Shown piece after piece: positions 30,175-39,869 of a stretch of 64,000 nt of DNA. This DNA comes from Clostridia bacterium (GTDB taxonomy: Bacteria; Bacillota; Clostridia; Christensenellales; CAG-314), in the NCBI GenBank assembly GCA_036654455.1, contig JAVVRZ010000004.1:199-64198 (forward strand), in the 5' to 3' direction. How positions within the stretch are numbered: position 1 is the first letter of the stretch; each line of letters begins with the position of its first letter. Made by a program: the position numbers and the translations under genes. The notes beneath the pieces are model-generated. The model saw only the letters and a list, made by a program, of their open reading frames with translations, was not told where the DNA came from and searched no databases.

Positions 30175-30893
30175 AAGTAGCGTTAATTACAGGAGGCAAT
30201 CGAGGCATAGGTAGAGCTACGGTAGAAAAGTTTGCAAGTAATGGCTATATTGTCGCTTTTACTTATAACTCTAATAAACTTCAAGCCGAAGAATTAGTTA
30301 AAAAATTATCTTTTTCTCAAAATATAGTTGTAGCTTATCAATGCGACGTGTCTAGCTTAGCTAGCTGTCAAAACGTAGCGAGTCAAATAATTAATCAATT
30401 TAAACATATTGACTGCGTCGTTTGTAACGCAGGCATTTCTATTTCTAAACCAATTACCGATTATACGCAAGACGATTACGCTTCAATTATGTCGGTAAAT
30501 GCAAGAGGCGTGTTTAACACCGTAAAAGCTGTTGTTCCTTATTTAATTTCTAGTAAAAGCGGTAATATTATAGCGCTTTCTTCAATCGCCGAACAAGGTT
30601 TAAGTTGCGAAAGCGTCTACGCTATGAGTAAGGGCGGAGTAGTTAGCTTTGCGTATTCGCTTGCTAAGGAATTAGGGTTAAGTAATATTCGGGTAAATTG
30701 CGTTAGTCCCGGTCTAATAGACACCGATATGAATAGTCAACTAACCGAGCAAGAAAGGCAAACGCTACTAGACAAATGTTTAATTAAACGAATAGGGCTT
30801 AGTCAAGACGTAGCAAACGCCATATTTTTTCTAAGCCAAGCTAGTTACATTACGGGTATAAACCTCGCCGTAGACGGCGGACTAATTCTTTAA
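30171..30893 (+). CDS. SDR family oxidoreductase (FabG-like)
   Basis: TGGNRGIGRA cofactor motif and YAMSK catalytic YxxxK. Confidence 0.8.
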   Translation: MKVALITGGNRGIGRATVEKFASNGYIVAFTYNSNKLQAEELVKKLSFSQNIVVAYQCDVSSLASCQNVASQIINQFKHIDCVVCNAGISISKPITDYTQDDYASIMSVNARGVFNTVKAVVPYLISSKSGNIIALSSIAEQGLSCESVYAMSKGGVVSFAYSLAKELGLSNIRVNCVSPGLIDTDMNSQLTEQERQTLLDKCLIKRIGLSQDVANAIFFLSQASYITGINLAVDGGLIL

Positions 30894-30896
30894 ATT

Positions 30897-31838
30897 ATGG
30901 AGTGGTATTTTTATATTTTAATAATTTTAGGCGTTTTAACCCTTTTTCAATTTGTAATCGCCCTAGTTTTAACTTTGGTTGTGCTTCGTCCTCGCAAGCA
31001 TAGCGACCAATTTATTATCAATAGACAGCTAGATAGAGAGAATGTCGACTACTTATTTTTTGACAATTTGCATAAAGAAGATTTTTCTTTGCAATTAGGT
31101 AGAACAACTATCGTAGGCAAATATATCGTCAATGCCGAATCGACCAATAAGTGGGTAATTATTTCGCACGGTCACGACGCAAGCCACCTCGAAAGCGTTA
31201 AATATCTAAATATGTACTACAAATTAGGTTTTAATTGCTTAGTGTTCGACCAAAGATATTTTGGGCGTAGCGTATCCTCAAACTGTTCGCTTGGTTACTA
31301 CGAACGAAAAGACTTAGTCGCCGTAATTGATATGCTTTGCGATAAATACGGCGAGATTTTTTTAGTCTTGCACGGCGAGTCTATGGGCGCTAGTTCTTCT
31401 ATTTGCGCATTAGAATTTACAAATAAACCCGCTTGTGTTGTCGCAGACTGCGCATACGCTTCGGCTGACAAATTTGTATATGCCGTAATCAAAAAGGTTG
31501 TCAAACTTTTTGCTCCGCTAGTCTTTGTATTCGCTAAACTTATAGCTTTTTTGTCGTGTGGTTGTAGACTTAATAAAGTTAGCCCAATTAAAGTAATCAA
31601 ACATAATAATACGCCAATATTATTTATACACGGAACAAACGACCAGCTAGTGTCGGTTAACAATAGCATAGATATGTTTAACGCTTCGACTTCTAAACTT
31701 ACTCGTTTAGAGTTATTTGACAAGGCTAAACACGTAGAGAGCCACCAATTAGATTCCGCAAGATATGCCTTAGCCGTTCAAGATTTTACCAACAAAGTTT
31801 ATTTAAATTATCAGCATATAACGGACGAGAATTTATAA
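30897..31838 (+). CDS. membrane-anchored alpha/beta hydrolase
   Basis: N-terminal TM helix and HGESMGA nucleophile elbow. Confidence 0.7.
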   Translation: MEWYFYILIILGVLTLFQFVIALVLTLVVLRPRKHSDQFIINRQLDRENVDYLFFDNLHKEDFSLQLGRTTIVGKYIVNAESTNKWVIISHGHDASHLESVKYLNMYYKLGFNCLVFDQRYFGRSVSSNCSLGYYERKDLVAVIDMLCDKYGEIFLVLHGESMGASSSICALEFTNKPACVVADCAYASADKFVYAVIKKVVKLFAPLVFVFAKLIAFLSCGCRLNKVSPIKVIKHNNTPILFIHGTNDQLVSVNNSIDMFNASTSKLTRLELFDKAKHVESHQLDSARYALAVQDFTNKVYLNYQHITDENL

Positions 31839-32062
31839 ATAATAAATTTATATTTAAAGTAAAAATAGAAATTTTAATAATAATTTAAACAAAAAAATAA
31901 AGAGCGATAGTTATGATGTTAACCCTAAAAGTTGGACATATTGAAAAATATGTTAAAATTTAAAAGGCGCATTTCATTTTTCGTTCTTTATTTTTATAAA
32001 TACTATAACTTATATAGCATAGGTAAATTATTATATAAGGCGTAAATTGTCGTACAATTTAG

Positions 32063-34387
32063 TTATTTTTGTTTATCTTTAACCGCTTCGACAGAGTAAA
32101 GACGCCCGCCATAGTCGGTTAAAATTCTTACCGTCTCGTTCCAACCCGAACTGCTAAACGCTTGATATAGCTTAATGCCTGCGTTACAAAGCAAGTCGCC
32201 GTAAGAAGTATATTTCTCGCATTCGGTTTCTAGGCTGTAACCGTGTTCGATAACCATCTTAAATATAGGGTTATTTGCAAGGTGAGGTAGGGCTATATTT
32301 ATTAAATCGCCAAATTGTTTAGCCTCAAAACTTTGTTTTTTGGTAGTTACGACATATTTTGTAGCGTCTTCAAGACCGTCAAGTTTGAGAATATCGCTAG
32401 GGGGCGAAGTTATGGCTTGCCCGTAAAACATTCCAACTATTGCCGTTTGTTTGTCGGGGCTAACTCTAATAAAGCTACTAAGATTGCTTGTAAAAATGCT
32501 ACTTAATTTGTACTGTTTGCCGTATTGAAGGGTTTGACGATATTTTTTGTAATAAGATATTTGTTCTTTTACGCTCTTTAAGTCGTTATTGCTCAATTTA
32601 TTTAAATCTAATTCGTAGCCGAGCAGTCCCATACTTGCTACATTAAAGCGGTTGTCAATGGTTGACATTCTTAGCGTTTGATGGTTAGGACAAGCCGAAA
32701 CGTGCGCTCCAAGCGTAGAAGCAGGGTAAGCAAGCAACGTTCCTTCTTGTATTTTTGTTCTGTCGCAACTGTCGGTATTGTCGCTACACCAATATTGAGG
32801 CATATAGCATAACATTCCTAAGTCGACTCGATTACCACCCGAAGCGCAACTTTCAAATAAAATTTTATCAAATTTTTTGGTTAAGCGACTAAGAACGTCA
32901 TATAGTCCAAGCGTATATTTATGGAAAAATTCGCCTTGATTTGTTAGCGTAGGGGAATAGAAGTCGCTCATAGGACGGTTGAAGTCCCATTTGACATAGC
33001 TAATATTTGCCGAACTAAATATGTCGGTAAGTCTTGTTACAATGTAATCTCTTACGTCTTTGTTTGTGTAGTCAAGCAGTAGCTGATTACGGCTCAAAGA
33101 GTAGTCGTAGTCGGGGTTGGTAACCGCCCAATCGGGGTGACTTCTAAATAAGTCGCTGTCGGGATTAACCATTTCGGGTTCTACCCAAATGCCAAAGTCA
33201 AGTCCAAGTTTGTTAATTTTGTCGCATATTCCGCTAAGCCCGTCAGGAAAACGAGATTTGTTGACATACCAGTCGCCTAGCGCTTTTGTGTCGTCGGTGC
33301 GTTTGCCAAACCAACCGTCGTCAAGCACAAACAACTCTATTCCTAGACTGCTAGCCTTTTGCGCAAGGTCAAGAAGCTTCTTTTGAGTAAAGTTGAAGTA
33401 GGTTGCCTCCCAGTTATTAACTAGAATAGGGCGAAGTTTGTTTTTCCAAACGCCTCTTACGATATGCTCGTTTACAAAAGTGTGGTATTGTTGGCTAATG
33501 CCGTTTGTACCTAAGTCGCTAAACACCATTGTAGCTTCGGGAGTAACAAAGCTAGCTTTACTTTGCAATGTCCAGCTAAAACCAAAGTCGCTTATACCAG
33601 TCATAAATCTAGTTTTGTTGTGGATAGTGACTTCGCAAGTTTCTTTGTGATTTCCCGAATAAATTAAGTTAAAGCCGTAGCCATCGCCAACGCTATCTGT
33701 TGTATTTTGCTTAGACAATATTACAAAAGGGTTGTGAATATTTGAAGATATACCGCATTTTGAATCTATTTGAGTTAAGCCTATTTGAGCCGTTCGTTTA
33801 GTAATTTGTCGTTCTTTGCCCCAAGCGCCGTCCAAAGTAGTCATATCTAAGTTAGCGTAAGGTAAATCAAGCTGTAAGCTTGCTATTTTTTCAATTATAA
33901 TTGTTTTTTCGCCGTTATTTACAAGTTTTGCCGACCTAGTTATTATGTCGCAATCGGCAAAAGTCGAATAATAAAGTATTAAATCTAGATTAGCCCCTTT
34001 GTCGGTAAGCGTAATAGCTAGCGTATCGGTTTTTGCGTAGCTACTGGGAAGTTCGTCAAGCTCAAAATTAGAAATATGTTCGGCTCTACTAAATAAAAAA
34101 TTAGAAACCAAACTGCCGTTACTGTTTTTTACAAGTATAAAAGGCTCTCGGTAGTCGCCCTTTCCGGAAGTAGATATTTCTTGCGACAAGTTATTTAAGT
34201 TAAGCGTAGGAAATTTTGCGCTATACGCAACCGTTGTGCCTAGACTTGTGCCAAGTTTTTCTTCAAGCGGAGTAATCTCGCAAGGGTTGGCTATTTTTTT
34301 GCCATAGTAAAGCTGTTGAAGGTGTCCGCTGTCCATTACCTCAAAGATGTAGCTTGTATTTAGGGTATCTAATTTAAAATATTGCAT
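32063..34387 (-). CDS. GH36 alpha-galactosidase
   Basis: DDGWFGKR, KWDFNR, CASGGNR motifs, 774 aa. Confidence 0.85.
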   Translation of the reverse strand: MQYFKLDTLNTSYIFEVMDSGHLQQLYYGKKIANPCEITPLEEKLGTSLGTTVAYSAKFPTLNLNNLSQEISTSGKGDYREPFILVKNSNGSLVSNFLFSRAEHISNFELDELPSSYAKTDTLAITLTDKGANLDLILYYSTFADCDIITRSAKLVNNGEKTIIIEKIASLQLDLPYANLDMTTLDGAWGKERQITKRTAQIGLTQIDSKCGISSNIHNPFVILSKQNTTDSVGDGYGFNLIYSGNHKETCEVTIHNKTRFMTGISDFGFSWTLQSKASFVTPEATMVFSDLGTNGISQQYHTFVNEHIVRGVWKNKLRPILVNNWEATYFNFTQKKLLDLAQKASSLGIELFVLDDGWFGKRTDDTKALGDWYVNKSRFPDGLSGICDKINKLGLDFGIWVEPEMVNPDSDLFRSHPDWAVTNPDYDYSLSRNQLLLDYTNKDVRDYIVTRLTDIFSSANISYVKWDFNRPMSDFYSPTLTNQGEFFHKYTLGLYDVLSRLTKKFDKILFESCASGGNRVDLGMLCYMPQYWCSDNTDSCDRTKIQEGTLLAYPASTLGAHVSACPNHQTLRMSTIDNRFNVASMGLLGYELDLNKLSNNDLKSVKEQISYYKKYRQTLQYGKQYKLSSIFTSNLSSFIRVSPDKQTAIVGMFYGQAITSPPSDILKLDGLEDATKYVVTTKKQSFEAKQFGDLINIALPHLANNPIFKMVIEHGYSLETECEKYTSYGDLLCNAGIKLYQAFSSSGWNETVRILTDYGGRLYSVEAVKDKQK

Positions 34388-34396
34388 TACTTCCTC

Positions 34397-35602
34397 CTAA
34401 AAAAGTTTATCTATTTCAATTTGAGCCAAGCTAATATTAAAACCAACTTCAAGAATATTTTCTTTGCCAAATTTTTGTTCAAGTATTAGTTGCTTTTTTG
34501 CATCTTTATTTACAAAAGCAAGCACGCTTCCTCTAAACCCCCCTCCGTGAACTCTTACGGCGCAATCTGGATAAATATCTTTTACGCCTTCGATTATTGC
34601 AAGTAGGGGCGAATTTGTTTCGTTATCTATGCTACAATTTCCTAAGTAATCTCTACTGCTTATGCCCGATTGATTAACTAAATTGTAAAATGTAGGTAAG
34701 TCGCCTTTTGTAAGGGCTGTATATGCAAGTTCAACTCGATTATTTTCGTTAAAGAAGTGGAAAGAGCGTTTAAGCTCCCTTGTCTTTTCGTGGCAGTTAT
34801 AGTAAGCCATAAATTCTTGTTCGTCGACCTGTCTAAGATAATTTTTACCAAATATTTTAGCAACGCTTACCATATCGTCTTTAATTTGAGCGTAGTAAGC
34901 GCCTAATTTTGCGTGGTCGTCAAGCGTTTTAATTAGCAATATTTGTCGGTCAAGCTTAACCGAGAGGGTTTTTACCAAAATGTCGCTAGGATTTGCAAAG
35001 TCAATATAGCTTAGTTTTCCATAAGAAACGCCACATTGGTCAAGCAATCCGCAAGGTTTGCCGAAATATTCGTTTTCGGCGTATTGCCCGATTTTAGCAA
35101 GTTGCATTTTTCCTATCGAATTATTGTTAAACAGTCCGTTTAAGATGTTTCCAATTAATATTTCAAATGCAGCCGAACTTGATAAGCCCGAAGCGTAAGG
35201 TATATTGCTTGAACAAACACAATCGAAACCGCTCTTAATATAATTATTATTTGAAAAACCTTTAAGAATACCTCTTACAATGGCTAAACTGGTGTTAATT
35301 TCGTCTTGTCTTTTTGCAATTTCGTTACAGTTAAGGCAAATTTGCCCAAAGTCGCTTATAATATTGATTACATCTGTATTATTTTTTTTAGCAAAGCCGA
35401 TAATATCACGATTAATTGCGCTTACAAGAACTTTACCGTTGTTGTGGTCGGTATGGTTTCCAAGTAGTTCGCACCTGCCGGAGGCGGTAAAAACAGCCTC
35501 GACCTTGCCGAATTTTAATGCAAAGAGTTGGGCGACACTATCGTACCTAGCCTTAGTATATTCCTTTGGTAAATCGCCATAAATAGAAGAATAGTAACTC
35601 AT
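34397..35602 (-). CDS. galK: galactokinase (GHMP kinase)
   Basis: GRCELLGNHTDHNNG galactokinase signature and GLSSSAAFE GHMP motif. Confidence 0.8.
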   Translation of the reverse strand: MSYYSSIYGDLPKEYTKARYDSVAQLFALKFGKVEAVFTASGRCELLGNHTDHNNGKVLVSAINRDIIGFAKKNNTDVINIISDFGQICLNCNEIAKRQDEINTSLAIVRGILKGFSNNNYIKSGFDCVCSSNIPYASGLSSSAAFEILIGNILNGLFNNNSIGKMQLAKIGQYAENEYFGKPCGLLDQCGVSYGKLSYIDFANPSDILVKTLSVKLDRQILLIKTLDDHAKLGAYYAQIKDDMVSVAKIFGKNYLRQVDEQEFMAYYNCHEKTRELKRSFHFFNENNRVELAYTALTKGDLPTFYNLVNQSGISSRDYLGNCSIDNETNSPLLAIIEGVKDIYPDCAVRVHGGGFRGSVLAFVNKDAKKQLILEQKFGKENILEVGFNISLAQIEIDKLF

Positions 35603-36513
35603 ATTCTTTCAAACTCCCACAACTCGGTATGCGTTTTTTGACCGTGTTTTGCAATTTCGTATATAGGCGACAACGTTTCGGCTTCAATAAAATGTTGATT
35701 AGCGTAGCACTCAACGTTGCAACAATAGTCGGGATATTCGCCCGCTACAACTTTTGCCGACTTAGTAAATTTAATATTGTCTTTAATATAGGTTATTTCT
35801 CCGTTTTTAACAAAACTGCCAACTTTTAAGGGCGGTAAGTCTAAATAATTTATTGTCAATTTATCTTTTGTAAGAACAATTCGGCTGTCGTTTATGTCGC
35901 AATATTGCCACAAAACAATGTTGCGGTTAGGCGTAAAGCCCAAAGGAGAATTATCAAATACAATTTCGACTTTTGCGTCCTTTGCAAGGGCGGTTATTGC
36001 CCAAAGACCGAGTTTAGCCATTTCGCCGAAGTTTTCAATTTTGTGAGTAATGGCTAGACTTGTGTCGGTTAAAAATTTAATATCAATAGAATAACGCAAG
36101 CCGTTTGCGTTTATGGGCGAAACCAGACTGATTTCTTCTTGCGTTGCGGTTAAAACAGCCTTAGCGTTGTCCTCATAGTAACAAGAGAAGTCCTCGGGAC
36201 TTTTCCATAAGCGGTGACCGCCTAGCTGAAACCATTTATTGCCGTTATTAAGCAAGGTAGACTGAGTAAATTTATCGTCGTAATAACATAAGTTAGGGCT
36301 ATTGAAAGCTGAAATATAACTTATTCTTATACCATATTGATAAGTTAGCCCAATACTAACCGAATTTGTTGAAATAATTGTCATTTCTCCAAATGCAGTA
36401 AGCCTAGTAGATATTGTATAATTGTCAAAATTTTTCATAATGTAATTATGACACATTAGAGTTGCTATGACAAGTAAAATTAAAAAAATACTTTTGTTAG
36501 TATTGTTAAACAA
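35599..36513 (-). CDS. hypothetical protein, possibly DUF4380/mutarotase-like beta-sandwich
   Basis: GGHRLWKSPE motif recalled from DUF4380. 4-nt overlap with the galK start. Its own start is uncertain (TTG, no RBS). Confidence 0.4.
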   Translation of the reverse strand: MFNNTNKSIFLILLVIATLMCHNYIMKNFDNYTISTRLTAFGEMTIISTNSVSIGLTYQYGIRISYISAFNSPNLCYYDDKFTQSTLLNNGNKWFQLGGHRLWKSPEDFSCYYEDNAKAVLTATQEEISLVSPINANGLRYSIDIKFLTDTSLAITHKIENFGEMAKLGLWAITALAKDAKVEIVFDNSPLGFTPNRNIVLWQYCDINDSRIVLTKDKLTINYLDLPPLKVGSFVKNGEITYIKDNIKFTKSAKVVAGEYPDYCCNVECYANQHFIEAETLSPIYEIAKHGQKTHTELWEFERI

Positions 36514-36548
36514 GTTTTTTCGTGTTATAATAAATTTAAGAGGTTATT

Positions 36549-37268
36549 ATGACAAAGATAGGTATTTTTTCGGACACGCACGGCAACTTATTCGCTCTTG
36601 AAACAATGTATAATTACTTTATAGATAACGGTTGCGAGGAGATTATTCACTGTGGCGATATGATTACAATGGGGGCGCAATCAAAAGAGTGTTTAGACTT
36701 CTTTTTTTCTCACCCAATCACTATGGTTAGGGGCAACCACGATATGGACTATGTGTTAAACAGAGTTTCTCGCAGGGGCGAGTCGCAAGTTAGTCAAGAA
36801 CATAAGGAATTTATTTTTGCTTCGCTAGGCGAAACCTATAAAGAGAGAATTCGTCAACTGCCTTTGGTTGTGTATAGAGAGTTTTACAAGGTAAAATTTG
36901 CTTTTATGCACTACGCTCTTTCTCGTGACAAACAATTTACGTTTACGCCGATTTATCAACAACCAACGATTGAAATTTTTGACGACATTTTTTCGGGTAT
37001 TGACGCCGATTGCATATTTTATGGTCACAAACACGAGCCTTGCGATATGCAAGGTGTTAAACGTTATATTGACGTAGGTAGCGTAGGTTGTCGCAAAGAA
37101 AGCGACGTTAGCGGAATTATTCTTACCGTTTGTCCTAGCGGTTACAAGGTAGAAAGAATATATTTGCCTTATCCTCGTCAAAAAGTCTTGCAAACTATGC
37201 TTGATAGAAATATTCCCGATAGTTTGCATATCTTTGACTATTATTTTAAAGAAGCCGAAAATAAATAA
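36549..37268 (+). CDS. metallophosphoesterase family protein
   Basis: SDTHGN, GDM, GNHD, GHKHEP motifs. Confidence 0.8.
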   Translation: MTKIGIFSDTHGNLFALETMYNYFIDNGCEEIIHCGDMITMGAQSKECLDFFFSHPITMVRGNHDMDYVLNRVSRRGESQVSQEHKEFIFASLGETYKERIRQLPLVVYREFYKVKFAFMHYALSRDKQFTFTPIYQQPTIEIFDDIFSGIDADCIFYGHKHEPCDMQGVKRYIDVGSVGCRKESDVSGIILTVCPSGYKVERIYLPYPRQKVLQTMLDRNIPDSLHIFDYYFKEAENK

Positions 37269-37363
37269 GAATTATTCTTTATTACTATTTTAAGCAATTA
37301 ATATATTAAAAAGCAGACATATATTTTACTTATACTAATATCAATAATAAAAGGGGAGCAATA

Positions 37364-38746
37364 ATGAACAAAAACTTTACTAAAAAGATTCTTTTTGTCG
37401 TATCCGAGTGTCGTCCTTTTGTGGCTTCGGGCGGTTTAGCCGACGTTACGGGAAGTTTGCCAAGTCAATTAATAAAACAAGGCTTGACCGTAGACGTGGT
37501 TATGCCACTCTATCAATCAATTAAACGCAAATTTGGCAAAGACTTAGTCAAAATTGAAACTAAGGACGTTTATCTTGATTATCGCAAACAACAAACCAAC
37601 CTTTATTCTATTGATTGTTCGGGCGTAAAATACTATTTTATTGATTACGATTATTACTACGACCGCCCCAATCTTTACGGCTATGATGACGATATAGAAA
37701 GGTTTACTTTCTTTTGTACCGCCGTTATATCTTTTTTCCAAGATAAATACGATATATTTCATTGTCACGACTGGCAAACGGCGCTTATACCTACTTTGTT
37801 AAAGATGACAAAACCAACTAAGCGCACAATTCTTACTATACATAATATTGATTATCAAGGCAAATTTGCCGTTGGACAGCTACAAGACTTAACCGGACTA
37901 TCAAGCAACTTTTTGGGAATATTTGAGTGGCAGGGTAGTTGCAATTTGCTCAAAAGCGGAATTGTAATGTGCGATAAATTGACCACTGTTTCGCCTAGCT
38001 ATGCCGACGAAATTCAACTTTCCTATTATTCGGCGGGGTTATGCGATATTATAATGCAGAATAGGTATAAATTAGTTGGCATCTTAAACGGTATTGACAC
38101 CTTAAACTATTCTTCTAGCCTTGATACTAATCTTGTCGCAAATTTTGACGCTTCAACGCTTGCTAACAAAAAACTCTGCAAACATCAATTACAACAAACC
38201 TTAGGCTTGCCTCAAAACGACCTTCCTTTATTTTGTATGGTAACTAGACTTGCTACGCATAAAGGGCTGGACTTAGTCAAAAGCGTTATTCCATATTTTT
38301 TACAAAAAAATATACAATTTGCAATTTTAGGAACAGGAGAAAAAGAATACGAAGAATTTTTCGCCTCTCTTTCAAAAACTAATGATAACTGCGCCTGCGT
38401 AATAGACTTTAACAATGTTTTGGCAAAACTTATCTATGGCGGAGCAGATTATTTAATTATGCCTAGTTTAAGCGAGCCTTGCGGATTATCTCAAATGATA
38501 GCTTGTCGCTATGCAACGCTACCTATTGTAAGACGAGTAGGGGGATTAGGCGACAGCATAATCAACAACAAACAAGGCATAGTTTTTGACGACTACGACA
38601 CAACAAGTCTTAGCTTAGCTTGGCAAAAAGGAATTGATATTTATTTAACGCCTATCTTCGACGAAATGCGTCGTTATGCCCTCGCTACCGATTTTAGCTG
38701 GGAAATTTCTTCGCAGGAATATATTAAATTGTACAAGTCAATTTAA
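37364..38746 (+). CDS. glgA: glycogen synthase
   Basis: ILFVVSECRPFVASGGLADV N-terminal signature, 460 aa GT5. Confidence 0.85.
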   Translation: MNKNFTKKILFVVSECRPFVASGGLADVTGSLPSQLIKQGLTVDVVMPLYQSIKRKFGKDLVKIETKDVYLDYRKQQTNLYSIDCSGVKYYFIDYDYYYDRPNLYGYDDDIERFTFFCTAVISFFQDKYDIFHCHDWQTALIPTLLKMTKPTKRTILTIHNIDYQGKFAVGQLQDLTGLSSNFLGIFEWQGSCNLLKSGIVMCDKLTTVSPSYADEIQLSYYSAGLCDIIMQNRYKLVGILNGIDTLNYSSSLDTNLVANFDASTLANKKLCKHQLQQTLGLPQNDLPLFCMVTRLATHKGLDLVKSVIPYFLQKNIQFAILGTGEKEYEEFFASLSKTNDNCACVIDFNNVLAKLIYGGADYLIMPSLSEPCGLSQMIACRYATLPIVRRVGGLGDSIINNKQGIVFDDYDTTSLSLAWQKGIDIYLTPIFDEMRRYALATDFSWEISSQEYIKLYKSI

Positions 38747-38749
38747 TAA

Positions 38750-39850
38750 TTACTTTTTAAGCTTAGTCTTTGCAAAACTATTAGCTTCTAGCACACTCGT
38801 TTGGTAACTGTTTACAAGCGAGTGTTTTTTTATGTTTTCAATTTTAGCTTGTTTGCCTAGCATTTCAACAAATTCGGTTTTGGTATATTTGTTAGCGAAT
38901 AGGTGATAAGCAAGATTACCGGGAATAGTGTTTATCTCGTTTACGTAGATTTTGTCTTCAATCAATAAGTCAATACGCATAACTCCGCTTGCGTTAAGCG
39001 AGGTTGCAATTTTAAGCGCAAGGTTAGATATTTCTTCTTCTTTGCTATGCTCGTTGAGAATAGGACTGGTAAATTTGCCCCCTTGCGCTAAGTATTTATC
39101 TGCAAATGAAAAGACTTCTTGATTTTTAAGCGGTTGTTCAAGACAAGAAACTATATACCCATCAAGATAACGCATGACTGCTACGTTAATTTCTTGTGCG
39201 CATACAAACTTTTCAACAAGGACAAATTCGTCGTAAAACATCGCCGTTTCTATTGCCTTTAATAGTTGCGTACGATTTTCAACTTTGCTTACGCCAATGC
39301 TTGAACCTTGTTTTGTAGGCTTTACAATTAAAGGATAAGCAAATTTTGACTCAACCGTTTGAACAACATTTTGACAATTTGTAAGATAATCTTGCTTGCG
39401 TATCAATTCGTATTCGACTACGTTTAAACCGCTACTTGCAAGGACAAGTTTGGTTAAATATTTGTCGTAGCAAACGTGACTTAGGCTAGAACTCGGCGAA
39501 ACATAGGGGATATCGGCAATTTCAAGCAGTCCTTGTATATCGCCGTTTTCTCCGCTTCCGCCGTGAAAGGCTAGCAAGGCTAAATCAATCTCAAACAGTT
39601 TTTTAAGCCTATTGCCTTTTATTTTATATAAAAATTTGCTGTTTGGTAAAATTATGCAAGGTATGCCCGAACAATTTGTATATTGCTTAGGCGTTAAGCT
39701 ATTCTCAATTAGCCACCACTTATTTGATTTATCTATGTATATTTTTTTATAGTTGGCATTTTCAAACAGACAAGCGGTTATTATTGAAATGTCGTGTTCG
39801 GTTGAAGGCATACCAAACATTATTACTTTGCTTTTTGTTATTTTTTTCAT
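38750..39850 (-). CDS. ddl: D-alanine--D-alanine ligase
   Basis: ATP-grasp, NEINTIPG. Start moved to the ATG at 39850 (MKKITKSK), which has RBS AGGGAG 7 nt upstream. The ORF track extends to 39892. Confidence 0.8.
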   Translation of the reverse strand: MKKITKSKVIMFGMPSTEHDISIITACLFENANYKKIYIDKSNKWWLIENSLTPKQYTNCSGIPCIILPNSKFLYKIKGNRLKKLFEIDLALLAFHGGSGENGDIQGLLEIADIPYVSPSSSLSHVCYDKYLTKLVLASSGLNVVEYELIRKQDYLTNCQNVVQTVESKFAYPLIVKPTKQGSSIGVSKVENRTQLLKAIETAMFYDEFVLVEKFVCAQEINVAVMRYLDGYIVSCLEQPLKNQEVFSFADKYLAQGGKFTSPILNEHSKEEEISNLALKIATSLNASGVMRIDLLIEDKIYVNEINTIPGNLAYHLFANKYTKTEFVEMLGKQAKIENIKKHSLVNSYQTSVLEANSFAKTKLKK

Positions 39851-39869
39851 TCTTTTACTCCCTAATTTT

